The notes beneath the pieces were generated by a model that was given only the letters and a program-made list of their open reading frames with translations, had not been told where the DNA came from and did not search any database. Shown piece by piece: positions 22,909-33,962 of a stretch of 64,000 nucleotides of DNA. Each line of letters starts with the position of its first letter. Position 1 is the stretch's first letter. The stretch is from the NCBI GenBank assembly GCA_937625935.1, contig OW569365.1, forward strand, positions 372,001-436,000, read 5' to 3'. The translations under genes were made by a program, and so were the position numbers. The stretch comes from Tetramitus jugosus. Its lineage: Eukaryota; Protista; Heterolobosea.

Positions 22909-24934
22909 CTACAGAGTCTTTATCCTCTTGGCAGGTGGAATGTCGTTTGAAGAAGACGATGGTTGTTCTCCGTCCAGCGACGAAGAGTCAGTGGCATCTC
23001 TAGAACGCTTACGGTCGATATTCTCTTGTGATTGACTGTCTGTACTGGTATTGTTATTGTTGAAAGATGACGATGAAGCTAACAGAGCGGGCATACAAAA
23101 ACGGTGAGCAATAAGACCAGTCTGCTTATGTTGGACAGCGTTAGTGTAAACCCACTCCTGCATATCGCTATCGAATTTTTGTTCAAGTTCTTCTTTGCAC
23201 AAAGGACATCGATTATGTTCAGGATTGACAGTAACAGGTTCAATATAATCATCATTGATGCTATTGAGCAAATCTGAAGAGCTATTATAATTTAAATTTG
23301 AACCTGGGTATTGTTGTTGTGCCAATCTCTTTTCTTCGTCCATTTGTTTGAAGAAGATGGCACCAGGATCGCCTGCTACCTCTGTTTCGGCTTGGGCAAT
23401 CCAGCTGGTTTCACTTTGATACCATTTACGAGATAGAACTCTGTTGGGGGTTTTCAATGTATTTTGCTTGAAATGCCTATCAAGATGTTCCTCTAATTCT
23501 TGTTTCACCTTGAATCTCAGACCACAGTTGCTGCACTGGAATGGAACATTGTACAAAAGAGCAATACCTCGTGAAACTGGGTCTCGAGGAAGAGCAGCGC
23601 TGCTACCTCTGTTGCTGTGGGCATCAAATGCTCCTGATCCACTACTACCACTTGTGCTGTGCCTATGATACAGTAATCGTTGAGAGAGTTGGGTTGCAGG
23701 AAGACAACCATGAACAGAAAAGGGTGTTAATAACACTGTCCCACCAGCATCACCACCATCATTCAATTTATTATCAAAGCAAGTAGCAAAAGACTTCGTA
23801 GCAGTCGTAGTCAAAGTAGAAGCAGAAGCATGAATGGGTGATGAAAATACAAGAGAAGAAATGGCATGATTACAATACATTGGTTGGTTCAACTTTTGAA
23901 CAAGATTCTGAATCGCACTCGCCATCGATGTTGTGGGTATAGGTGAAATGTTTCGTTTGTCAGCAGGAACACCATATGGGTGAAAACCTCCCATTGGTTG
24001 TTGATGTTGTTGTTGTTGTGCATATGGATCATTCATCTGGCCTATTGGTGCTGTATGATAGGGATGAGCCATTGGTGGTTGTTGTTGTGGTGGTTGATAC
24101 ATTCGATTCATCATTGGTTGCTGTTGAGGGTAACCGAGTTGAGGAGGTGATTGTCTCATCATTGCGCCAGGATGCTGTGGTGCTGGTATCGTATTCATCA
24201 TCATCATGTGAGCAGGCTGTTGTTGTTGATGCTGCATCATATGATGACGAGGAGGAGCATGATGATGATGAGGAATAGGAGCAGCAGCAGCAGCAGTTGT
24301 CATCATGGGCGCTGGAGGAACATTCGCACCACCACTTGTTGGTTGAAAGAAACTTGGATTCGCATGAATGTATGGCGATGGTTGCTGAGGTCGCACTTGT
24401 TGTTGATGAGCAGCACCCAATCCAATTTTTCGATGAATTTCTTCGAGTGCCTGCGGTGGGAACAACTTTGGTCCCACCCATGTTTTCAACAATTTGACAT
24501 AGGTTGGTTTTTGATTCTCCATGTCCTTGATGGACTTGTATGCTTCACAAAAAATTTCAACAATAAATTTTGCAAATTCCTGACGATAGGGTTCACCAAT
24601 ATTTTTGATGAGAGAGTCCATCAAATACAGTGATGGTAATTTTTCTAGTGGAGGTGCCTAATATGTTTGTGTGTCTGTGTGTGAGTGAAAACTGAATGTG
24701 CAAATTTCGCTGTGTGCAAAATAACAATCAAAAAAAAATCAATGGGATGTACCACACATGTACACATACCGTTAAAATTCGTTGTCTGATGGCCTGTACA
24801 TATTCTCTATAAGATTCCTTGTTTTCTTGCGCGATAGTTGTGAGAGTATTGATATGAATACGCGAGTTGAAGGTGAGGTCCTTTAGTGCGTCCAAATAAT
24901 CGTTTAGAACGTCATTGTTCAAGTTTGCCGCCAT
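22909..24934 (-). CDS. PCF11: Cleavage/polyadenylation factor Pcf11 (CID + zinc fingers); intron 24658-24769, possible second intron 23663-23878
   Basis: LKDLTFNSRIHINTLTTIA..KLPSLYLMDSLIKN CID; CSNCGLRF..HLDRHF; SRKWY; CPLCKE..WVY..HRFC. Confidence 0.9.
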
Positions 24935-25172
24935 TTTGATTTTTTGTCGGATTTTTTTTTATTGAGAATGTTCGTGTGTTTTTTTTAAAAGAGATGTTTG
25001 CGAACAGAAAGAAGAGTTGTGGTCGTAGGCTTCTGTGATGTTGTTATTATTATTGAATTTTTGAATTTTTGATGATAAATAATGTTGATTGGTTTTTTTA
25101 TGTTGTTTTTGGTTCTGATGCGCGTTTTCTGAAAGCTTGTTTTTGAAGGCTACTTTTTTTTGGATTGAAGGC

Positions 25173-25919
25173 TCATGCTTGGTCCTTCAGATCGTCCACT
25201 TTGTCGCTGTTTCTCCTCAACACTTCCATGTAGGTTTGTTGGGCGAGCAAGACTTGGATTCGCCTCTGATCAATACTCTCATTGAACTTGAGATGATTCT
25301 TGTTGTGATCATGGCAAGCTTTCAACTTTTTCTTACAGTCGTGAGACGAACAGCTAAAATCCACTATAGTGGATTGTTTGTTCCTGCACCCGGCGCCACA
25401 TACAATCCTGAAAGTTGTACCGCATTTTGTACAATAGGTGGACTTCTTCTTCGGCTTACCGACACTATTCAGCGGGATCACTTGGTGGTCCACTCTTCTC
25501 CACTTTCTGCAGATTACCATATGCTCGCTGCACTTCTTATTTGGGCAGTATTTTACTTTAAAAGGAGGCCGATTTGGTGTTGAAGAACTAGAGAGAGGAG
25601 CTGAGGAACTCTTATCTTCGTCTTCACCGATAGAGAAAGCAGAAGGAGGGAGATCTTCCTCTTGGGTTAGGGAGCTGCCACCAAACATCCAGTCCTTTTC
25701 CTTATTTTCTTCTTCAGGGTTCTGAAGGTTCGATTCTTTATGTTGGATATCTGCTTCTTCCATTGCTTCAACAATAATTGAGACGACGAATTCTTGTTGT
25801 CCTTGTTGTACTGGGATCAGATTCTTCACGTCACATGGCGAGAACGAAGAGTACTCATCCTCTGGGCAGTAATTGTTGAAGAAATCTTCAACGGTGTCAC
25901 AAAGGTTATCGACCTGCAT
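25173..25919 (-). CDS. Hypothetical protein with acidic N-terminus and Cys-rich putative zinc-binding C-terminal half
   Basis: 248-aa ATG ORF; CPNKKC, CTKC, CGAGC and CSSHDC pairs. Confidence 0.55.
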   Translation of the reverse strand: MQVDNLCDTVEDFFNNYCPEDEYSSFSPCDVKNLIPVQQGQQEFVVSIIVEAMEEADIQHKESNLQNPEEENKEKDWMFGGSSLTQEEDLPPSAFSIGEDEDKSSSAPLSSSSTPNRPPFKVKYCPNKKCSEHMVICRKWRRVDHQVIPLNSVGKPKKKSTYCTKCGTTFRIVCGAGCRNKQSTIVDFSCSSHDCKKKLKACHDHNKNHLKFNESIDQRRIQVLLAQQTYMEVLRRNSDKVDDLKDQA

Positions 25920-26120
25920 GTTATTTTTTGTTTTTACTTCGAGAAAAGCGCCTTGCTTTTAAGCTCGCTGTCAAGCCTCCTGCAGTCCTGTAATGGCCAT
26001 GTCACCTGCAAGATTTTACAACCCGACGTCCCACAAAATAATTCCACCCGCCAAAAAAAGACGTTTGACTTCGGACAAAAAGAGAAAAGCACCACAGAAC
26101 CGAAAAACAAACGACCAATC

Positions 26121-27119
26121 ATGAGCAGCAGTCGAGTGAGAATATTGAACAAGAGTCTCACAGAAAAGATTATTCAAGAGCTTGGAAAGCTTATCCAATC
26201 TGAGACAAACCAGTACATGCAAAATGCACCACACACCGATGAGACTTCCTCAGAAAGAAAAGAAAGATTGTCTGAAGCGGCAGAGAAACGGTTAATTCAA
26301 CAGCAAATGAGTCTTGTTCTTGCATCCTTCACAAAGCATCTTGGTCGAAATGTAAAGGAGATTTCAGATCAGGAAAAACGACTCTTTCATCAGACGAAAG
26401 AACCATTGGATGAAGAGTTGAAGAAACGAGTGTCCGATATGAAGAAGGAAACAAAGGAAGTTGCAAAGAGGGTCAAAGATCTCAGAGAGAGAATACCTGA
26501 GAAAATTAAGGGTGTTCTAGAGAGACAAAAAACGGTGGATCCTGAGCAATTTTCTGTTGAATACATGGCATCAACACTGATTGGCAAGAAAACATCGAAA
26601 AAACGTTCATCATCGAGGAGAGTGAAGACTGATGATCATGACGAGAAAGATTCAGAGAGTAGTGTTGATGAAGAAGGAGAAGACAGGAGTAAACATGACA
26701 CGGAAGAAGAAGAAGACGATGTATTTGAAGAGGACGAACAATTTGTGAAAGATTCGGAGAAGTTGACTGAAAAGAGTTGGAAGGCTCAGGAAATCCTAGA
26801 GAGTTGCACCAAGGAGATACAACGGCTGAACAGTGAGATACCAAACACTGTAGAGCAGATTCGAAACAAGGCAGAAGCTCTGAGAACGATAGAGTCGAAC
26901 AAGAAGTTGCTCGGCAAGCGAAGTCGGGACCTGTCGGACAAGGAACAAATATCTGCTATCATGTCTCAAGCACCTAACAATGTACCATCCTCACTGACAT
27001 CGAATGCCTCATTGCTAAACACGGAGATTCCAGAGACACAATCTCAGGAATTGCACAAAACAATGTCCCAATCCAACAACAATAGCAATCGCAACACTAA
27101 ACGGCAAAAAACAAATTAA
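26121..27119 (+). CDS. Coiled-coil protein, putative kinetochore Nsl1/Mis14-like
   Basis: EPLDEELKKRVSDMKKETKEVAKRVKDLRERIPEKI resembles the recalled Mis14/Nsl1 core; ATG at 26121. Confidence 0.5.
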   Translation: MSSSRVRILNKSLTEKIIQELGKLIQSETNQYMQNAPHTDETSSERKERLSEAAEKRLIQQQMSLVLASFTKHLGRNVKEISDQEKRLFHQTKEPLDEELKKRVSDMKKETKEVAKRVKDLRERIPEKIKGVLERQKTVDPEQFSVEYMASTLIGKKTSKKRSSSRRVKTDDHDEKDSESSVDEEGEDRSKHDTEEEEDDVFEEDEQFVKDSEKLTEKSWKAQEILESCTKEIQRLNSEIPNTVEQIRNKAEALRTIESNKKLLGKRSRDLSDKEQISAIMSQAPNNVPSSLTSNASLLNTEIPETQSQELHKTMSQSNNNSNRNTKRQKTN

Positions 27120-27126
27120 ACAAATT

Positions 27127-27897
27127 TTATAGCTTTGATTGCAATACTGTTACACCACCTTGATCCAACTTTGACTGTTGTCGCTGTTGCTGTTGCTGTT
27201 CCTTGGAATTGATACTTCGTGCACTCTTAAAGTGTCGAATCACTTCTTCCTTGGTCAAACTGGACTGTGGACCAAACAGTTTCACTGCTTCATCATACGT
27301 CATCTGAGACTCCTTGTGTTGAATAAACAGGGCATCTGCCGTGTTATGCACCTTTTCTTGATCATTCGTCTCAATCGTATAAATGTTGCTCGACAATTTT
27401 CCCTTCATGAACAACTTTCGTCCTTCTCTCCGCTCCGTCTCAATTTCGAACCGAACGACACCACCGAGTGGCACAAAATGACGATAGGTGACATTCAAGC
27501 TGAGAGTAACACAACCGAGTCCCATCACTCTCACACTATGCCACCCAAACAACATGTCCAACATGGTGGCCAACGCTCCACCATGAACCTTGTTTGGCGG
27601 CCCTTCACAATCAGGCGGGAAATAAATACAACCGAGCAATTTTTTCTCCGTCTTATCAAAAAACATGCTGGCTTGAATTTGTCGACCAAACATGGATCCT
27701 TTTCGGCCAAAGCTCTGTTGAACGTCGGCATCAGTCAAGAGAGGAAAACTGGTGGACCACGATGTTTCTTCATATCGGAATGGATCTCTTCTCAATTGTT
27801 TGAGAAGTGGAGAGTTGTGGAGTGGAGAGTCTGGACTGGCCCAAACAATCACATTCTTCACAGGGAAGGGATCTCCTTTGAAGCTTGGTAAGGCCAT
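27127..27897 (-). CDS. Hotdog-fold acyl-CoA thioesterase (THEM4/PaaI-like), C-terminal SKL peroxisomal signal
   Basis: CEGPPNKVHGGALATMLD, TLSLNVTY, EGRKLF; ends QSKL; ATG at 27897. Confidence 0.85.
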   Translation of the reverse strand: MALPSFKGDPFPVKNVIVWASPDSPLHNSPLLKQLRRDPFRYEETSWSTSFPLLTDADVQQSFGRKGSMFGRQIQASMFFDKTEKKLLGCIYFPPDCEGPPNKVHGGALATMLDMLFGWHSVRVMGLGCVTLSLNVTYRHFVPLGGVVRFEIETERREGRKLFMKGKLSSNIYTIETNDQEKVHNTADALFIQHKESQMTYDEAVKLFGPQSSLTKEEVIRHFKSARSINSKEQQQQQRQQSKLDQGGVTVLQSKL

Positions 27898-28122
27898 TTT
27901 TTTCGATTTTTGATCTTTATGTGTGTGTTTGTGTTGGAACAATTTTTGGCCAATTTGCGAGAGCTTTGATAAAGCTTCTGAGTCGCATTTTTTTTGCAAA
28001 TGTTCCGCGAGGGACAGGGGGTGAGGAGATATTCTTGACCAACGATCAACGGGCATTTGTCGTGGGAGAGAAGTTGTTTTATTACAATGAATATACAAGA
28101 TTATAATACAAGTTGTATGTGA

Positions 28123-28332
28123 TCAGTTCTTCAACTTTTCTTGCTTCTTCTTCCTTGCCACGAATGGCTCATCATAGAAGAGGAATGGAACTAGAACAGC
28201 AAATGGAACAGCAATACTGATAAACTCTGCTCTGAACCAACGTTTCTTTCCCTCACTTGGTGTATTGTTAGTGGCGTATCGTCTCACTTGAGAGATCGAA
28301 TTGTTATTGAACATAAATCTTCGAAACATCAT
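28123..28332 (-). CDS. Small single-pass membrane protein, probably mitochondrial
   Basis: MMFRRFMF..VRRYA presequence-like start, one hydrophobic segment, basic tail. Confidence 0.6.
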   Translation of the reverse strand: MMFRRFMFNNNSISQVRRYATNNTPSEGKKRWFRAEFISIAVPFAVLVPFLFYDEPFVARKKKQEKLKN

Positions 28333-28544
28333 CTTTGTTACTGCGGTAGTTATTGTATGTTTTGTATTTTGAGTTGTGATTCAATGATGAATTTTATGGG
28401 ATGGAGATCTTTTCAACAATCGAGAGATATGTTTCTATATATAAACGAATGTCAAGTTAGTTGACTGAAATAAAGGCGGTCAACCGGTTTTTTTACAATA
28501 AATATGATTTACGGACGAAAAAAAGGGGTGCAGGAAGAAATAGA

Positions 28545-29846
28545 TTACAAACCGATCCAAGTATAGTTATCCAGAGTTGCCCTGGTTTTTGAAACAAAAG
28601 ACCTCATTCTTCCAAGAGCTCCCTTTTTCTTCTTTCCCAGTGCACCGTAGACATAGGGTAAGTCTTCGTTGTCAAAGCCCTCTTCGAAACTGCATTGCTC
28701 CCAAAACTTTTTTGATTTGACCATTTCTTCTAATGATTCAAATTCATCATCCATTTGAGGAGTCAAAGGAATAGGACTTGTAATCTGACCGTATGCACAA
28801 GAGAATAGCCGATTTCTGAAGCTTCCACTCCTTGACATTGTCTGACTATTCACTTGAAGGGAGCTATAATCAGTTCCTGCTTGTTCTTCCTTCTCCTCGT
28901 CTGTTTCTGTGTCAAATGACTCTGTTTCACACTCTATGAACTTGACCAGATTTTGCTTTACAATAACGTTCATGATGCACCTATCAACGAATGACACAAT
29001 ATGAACCATGTCCTGGAACAGTTGAACACTCTCGATACATTGATTCACGAAATCGTGTATCAACTCCTGGGAGTCTTCGCAGCTGATTGAATTGGTGAAT
29101 TCTTGGTCAAGGGTAGCAGCAGTAGAGTCGTTCAATTGACTCAATCTCTCCATTTGATCCACATTTTCAACACATTCCTGAACAAAATTGTGTATCATTC
29201 TTCTTTGGAAGTATTGCTGAATTTCCATAGAGATATTGCTCCAGAGCTTGACTGAGCGATCTTCCTCAGTCATTGAAGATGAACTTGTTTCATGCTTTTG
29301 TTCTTCTGATGGAGCTACAACAACAGGTTCTTGTTCTTGGTCTACTACACTCTCTTGTTCAGAGCCGTGGTTTGTAGAGTTTCCATCCACGTTTCCTGTC
29401 GCACTATTGTCGAGTAGATTGACTGTATTGAAGTTTTTCTGTTGATTTCTGGGACTATTGAGGGTGAGGCGTCGTTTCTGTCGAGCGAGTAATCGTCTCC
29501 CTCCCTCAGTTCTTGGAGTAAGACACTCTTCGTCATCCATAACTTGTCCAACCTTAAAATGTTGATTTTCCACAGTTTCACATTGGTCAATCTTTTCGAG
29601 CGACTCTTGGTTGACTAGATTTAATTGAGTTGCGCTCGGGTCTCCAGCACTGTGATCGTTTGATTCATTCACAACATTAGAGTTTATCGACTTTTCTAGA
29701 ATGGATATTGTTTCTTCGATTGAATGTCCAGAAGTACAATTCAAGTTATCAGATAACTCGTTGGAATAGTAGTAGTGTCGGAAGAGAAAGAGGGTGGCAA
29801 GGAGCAAACAGATTTCAACTGGGTAATCTAGGAGGAAGAGCATCAT
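28545..29846 (-). CDS. Hypothetical protein with N-terminal transmembrane anchor
   Basis: 433-aa ORF; hydrophobic N-terminus; three short (I/V)xxFVxxC(V/I) repeats. Confidence 0.6.
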   Translation of the reverse strand: MMLFLLDYPVEICLLLATLFLFRHYYYSNELSDNLNCTSGHSIEETISILEKSINSNVVNESNDHSAGDPSATQLNLVNQESLEKIDQCETVENQHFKVGQVMDDEECLTPRTEGGRRLLARQKRRLTLNSPRNQQKNFNTVNLLDNSATGNVDGNSTNHGSEQESVVDQEQEPVVVAPSEEQKHETSSSSMTEEDRSVKLWSNISMEIQQYFQRRMIHNFVQECVENVDQMERLSQLNDSTAATLDQEFTNSISCEDSQELIHDFVNQCIESVQLFQDMVHIVSFVDRCIMNVIVKQNLVKFIECETESFDTETDEEKEEQAGTDYSSLQVNSQTMSRSGSFRNRLFSCAYGQITSPIPLTPQMDDEFESLEEMVKSKKFWEQCSFEEGFDNEDLPYVYGALGKKKKGALGRMRSFVSKTRATLDNYTWIGL

Positions 29847-30179
29847 TTTGATAAGTTATCAGATAGGTGTTGGTGGTGAGATGTTTTGATGGTGTTTGTT
29901 GGGCTTTCAAAAAGATCCTATACTTTCAACTTTCACATTTTCCAACGTTAACTGAATCTTGTATTCGCCTTACAAAATTCCCCGGAAAAATTCTTAATTG
30001 TGCGCATTTCGCTGAAAGATTGAGGAGGTTCGTGCGGGTGAGGCGATCAAGTGTTGTAGTTTTGGTTGGATTGGTCCTTCAGATCTCGGGCTGTGATCCG
30101 AAATTCACCAATTTCCCTGTCGTACGCTTCGCTTCACCAACAAACAACACACATCATATACTCTTACACCACGATATCA

Positions 30180-31277
30180 ATGAAAGCTCCAGTACTCTTC
30201 ACTCCTCATACCATTCGAGGTCTCACTTTCCCAAACCGTATTTTCCTTTCTCCCATGTGTCAATACTCTTCCACTGATGGTTTCGCCAACAATTGGCATT
30301 TGGTTCATTTGGGAAGCAGAGCTGTGAGTGGAGTTGGCTTGATCATGACTGAAGCTGCAGCGGTTTGTCCAGAGGGAAGAATTTCACCACAGGATCTCGG
30401 TATTTGGAAGGATGAGCACATTGCTATGCTGAAAACGATCAATGAGTTTATTCACTCTCATGATAATGTCAAGACTGGTATTCAGATTGCTCACGCAGGT
30501 AGAAAAGCCAGTGCTTATCGTCCTTGGGAGCACAAGTACAGATATGCTGTACCAAACAGCGAAGGTGGATGGGAAGTGGTAGGGCCTAGTGCTGTGGCCT
30601 ATGACGACAAGTTAAAAGTGCCTCATGAGCTCTCTGTTCAAGAAATCCACACACTGGTGGATCAGTTTGTCGACAGCGCAAAAAGAGCTGTGAAGGCTGG
30701 ATTTGACCTTGTTGAAATCCATGGAGCACACGGCTATCTCATCCATAACTTTTATTCTCTAAAGTCGAACAAGAGAACAGATGAATATGGTGGTAGTTTT
30801 GAGAATAGAACTCGATTCCTCATGGAGATTGCCACTCGAGTTAGAGCAGCAATTCCTGATCAAATGCCCTTGTTTGTGCGTCTCTCATCTACAGATTTTG
30901 TAGATGACGCTGATGGATGGAAGATTGAGGATACGGTCAAGTTGTCCCAAATGTTGAAGGATGTTGGTGTAGACGTGATTGACTGCTCTGCGGGAGGTAA
31001 CTGTGCACATCAGCATATTGATGTGAAACCTGGTTATCAAGTACCGTATGCAGAACGTGTCAAGAAGGATGTAAATATTCCTTCTATTGCCGTTGGTCTC
31101 ATTACAGAACCACATCAAGCCAATGAGATCATTGAACAGGGAAAAGCTGATTTTGTCATGCTAGCTCGTGCGTTCTTGAGAGATCCATATTGGACGCATA
31201 CAGCAGCTAGAGCTCTTGGACATAAGGGGATTTATGTTCCACCCCAGTACCTGAGAGGCATCACTGATTTGAGTTAA
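30180..31277 (+). CDS. NADH:flavin oxidoreductase / Old Yellow Enzyme (YqjM-like)
   Basis: SPMCQYS, QIAHAGRKAS, EIHGAHGYL, NKRTDEYGGSFENR; ATG at 30180. Confidence 0.93.
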   Translation: MKAPVLFTPHTIRGLTFPNRIFLSPMCQYSSTDGFANNWHLVHLGSRAVSGVGLIMTEAAAVCPEGRISPQDLGIWKDEHIAMLKTINEFIHSHDNVKTGIQIAHAGRKASAYRPWEHKYRYAVPNSEGGWEVVGPSAVAYDDKLKVPHELSVQEIHTLVDQFVDSAKRAVKAGFDLVEIHGAHGYLIHNFYSLKSNKRTDEYGGSFENRTRFLMEIATRVRAAIPDQMPLFVRLSSTDFVDDADGWKIEDTVKLSQMLKDVGVDVIDCSAGGNCAHQHIDVKPGYQVPYAERVKKDVNIPSIAVGLITEPHQANEIIEQGKADFVMLARAFLRDPYWTHTAARALGHKGIYVPPQYLRGITDLS

Positions 31278-31401
31278 TTCAATTCGTAAATGTTCTTCGT
31301 GAAGTCACCCAAATGAGTGGTTAAGTAAAAGTTAAAGCAGAAGCTTGCGCATACTACCTCCTCTTAAACGTCAACAAAAGCAACAAGGGCAACTTCAAAA
31401 A

Positions 31402-31474
31402 TGGAGCCACAGGGAATCGAACCCTGGACCTCATGCATGCAAAGCACGCGCTCTACCAACTGAGCCATGACCCC
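31402..31474 (-). tRNA. tRNA-Ala(TGC)
   Basis: Reverse complement GGGGTCATGGCTCAGTTGGTAGAGCGCGTGCTTTGCATGCATGAGGTCCAGGGTTCGATTCCCTGTGGCTCCA folds as a cloverleaf; G3:U70; T5 Pol III terminator follows. Confidence 0.96.
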
Positions 31475-31694
31475 TTGATATTATCATTGATTTCTGATTC
31501 TGACCCCAAATTTTTTGGACAATTTTGGATTTTGGTTACGTAGCGTTTATTCGTACGAATGCATGGAAGAAGAGTCTTTTTGTGGGTCACTATTGGCTCA
31601 TATCTCTTGTTGTCATCATTGTCGCAATTGGTTACTTCTATTTTTCCGACCGACTAAAAACGCAAAATCCACAACAACAAAACAAGCAAGAAAA

Positions 31695-32582
31695 ATGAGA
31701 CACGGCAAGAATTTAAGAAAGTTTTCGCGAACACCTTCACACAGAAAGAGTATGTGTTCTCTACTACCTTGAACTATCAGCCATTGTCTATTGATGCAGC
31801 ATTCTCACACCAAAAATGCTTTTTTCACACATTTTTTTCTCGTGCCAACTCAAAAATGCTTTTTTTTGAATCAAACATGTGCTTGAAATTGAATTCAAAA
31901 TCATTGGTGATGACAACCAAATTGCAAAACAATGGAACCATTACTTTGCGATATCATCGCCCAATAATCATCATCATACGCATCCATTTTGTCCATCATC
32001 AACATTTATTTTGCTGTTGACAATACTGATAATAATCATCATAATGAATCATAATGAATCATAATAGTGATGTTCCGTAATTTGACTACACAACTCATAC
32101 AGCACGACTCCATCTTGACGACACTTCAAAAGGCAAAGGACCTTCGTCGATTTGCTGAGAAGGTTGTGACCATTACAAAGAGACCATTGCACAGTCATCA
32201 TTTGGTTGGTCAACTCTGTCGCTACACAACTATTCCAAATGTCGCAAGAAAGGCATTGGACAATTTTCCATTGAGATTTGCCAATAGAAACGGTGGTTAC
32301 ACAAGAATAGCTCCAGTGTTGGTGCCAAGACAGGGTGATAGAGCAAGATTGGCCTATATTGAGTACGTGGATGCCGACAAGAAACCAACTGAGGATCAGA
32401 TTCAAGAGTGGAGACAACAAATCGTGGAGAGAAACACAAAGTTGGACAAGAGACATTTGGTCAAGCAAGCAGATGTTCATTCCAAGAGTGAAAAGGAAGA
32501 GTTGAAGCAAAGAAATGAACAATATAGACGAATGATGGAAGAACAAGCTCGATTGCAAAAGCTGGAGCTTGACGAAGAATAA
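31695..32582 (+). CDS. MRPL17: Mitochondrial ribosomal protein bL17m, 2 exons (31695-31749, 32068-32582)
   Basis: Spliced MRHGKNLRKFSRTPSHRKMMFRNL..TTLQKAKDLR..RFANRNGGYTRI..GDRARLAYIE. Confidence 0.9.
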
Positions 32583-32849
32583 AGACGCGCCTTCATTGAT
32601 CGAGCGGCGATTTTTGATTCTCCGTTCCGAACGCAAATAAAATGGCGCCATCTCATTTTTTCTTGAATATTTTTTTCTGTTCAAACACGCAAAAAAACAG
32701 TAGAAGACCCCCCATCAACCTCTCTTTCAGCCTCTCTACTCTGTCCACCCAACAACAACAACAACAACCGATCCCATCCAATTCCCAACACCAACCCACC
32801 AACCACCCAATAAAAAAACCTCAGTAAATAAAATCAATCACACACAAAA

Positions 32850-33614
32850 ATGTCATTCCGACAAGATTTAAGCAGTATCACAGGCGCAATCGATCCTACT
32901 ATGGCCTACTCTTCAGAGTATGGACAAGAAGGTTCCTACCTTGAGAGTATGGTCTCACAAGACGCTACTCAAGCAACTCAAGACACAAGCAACAATAGAC
33001 AACCATCTGCCTCTGAGACGATCAATCACGGAATTTATCCAACTCTTCAAAACGTTGTCTCTACAGTGAACCTCGGATGTAAATTGGAGTTGAAGCAAAT
33101 TGCAATGAGAACACGTAACGCCGAATATAACCCTAAGCGTTTTGCCGCTGTGATCATGCGTATCAGAGAGCCAAAAACGACCGCTCTTATTTTCTCGAGC
33201 GGAAAAATGGTTTGCACCGGAGCAAAATCAGAGGCCGACAGTCACATTGCCGCCAGAAAATACGCGCGTATTATCCAAAAATTGAACTTTCCAGTGAAGT
33301 TTACGGATTTCAAGGTTCAGAATATTGTGGGAAGTTGCGACGTTGGTTTTCCTATTCGTCTCGAAGGTCTCACCTATGCCCATCCTCGTCACACGTCCTA
33401 TGAGCCTGAATTGTTCCCTGGTCTCATTTACAAGATGCTTGAGCCAAAGATTGTATTGCTCATTTTCGTGTCTGGTAAGATTGTGCTCACTGGTGCAAAA
33501 GATCAAGAAGATATCATAACAGCATTCAACAACATTTATCCAACACTTTTGGAGTTTAGAAAGGAGAGGAATCCACAGGTGACTGGTGAAGAAGTTCAAC
33601 CAGACAATGAATAA
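32850..33614 (+). CDS. TBP: TATA-box binding protein
   Basis: [59 protein letters not shown]. Confidence 0.99.
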   Translation: MSFRQDLSSITGAIDPTMAYSSEYGQEGSYLESMVSQDATQATQDTSNNRQPSASETINHGIYPTLQNVVSTVNLGCKLELKQIAMRTRNAEYNPKRFAAVIMRIREPKTTALIFSSGKMVCTGAKSEADSHIAARKYARIIQKLNFPVKFTDFKVQNIVGSCDVGFPIRLEGLTYAHPRHTSYEPELFPGLIYKMLEPKIVLLIFVSGKIVLTGAKDQEDIITAFNNIYPTLLEFRKERNPQVTGEEVQPDNE

Positions 33615-33962
33615 TTCACTGGACTGTTCCCTCTTTTTTTTTAACTGGATAATTACTTACAGCTGTTGTAGGTTGTTTTTTGTTGCGCAACGCTACTATT
33701 GCTGGGACGTGCGTGCGAGTGAGATAACGAACAACTTTTTAGAGACCTCGTGTATGAGATACAAATGTTCTCCTTCATGCATACAATAAAAACCGAACGG
33801 CTGTGAATTTTCTCATGTCACTTTTCAGAAAAGGAAAAATCACTCTTGTTCCCAACGATACCTATCGAACTCTTCCACAAAAAAAAACCAAACAACATCA
33901 ACAATAGACACAAAGAACAACAATCAACACACACACTACACACTGTATCAATCAGATAAACA

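Noticed and set aside
28380-28472. ATGATGA...CTGA resembling a C/D snoRNA
   Set aside because: Very short terminal stem, no guide I can identify, and it lies in an AT-rich promoter region
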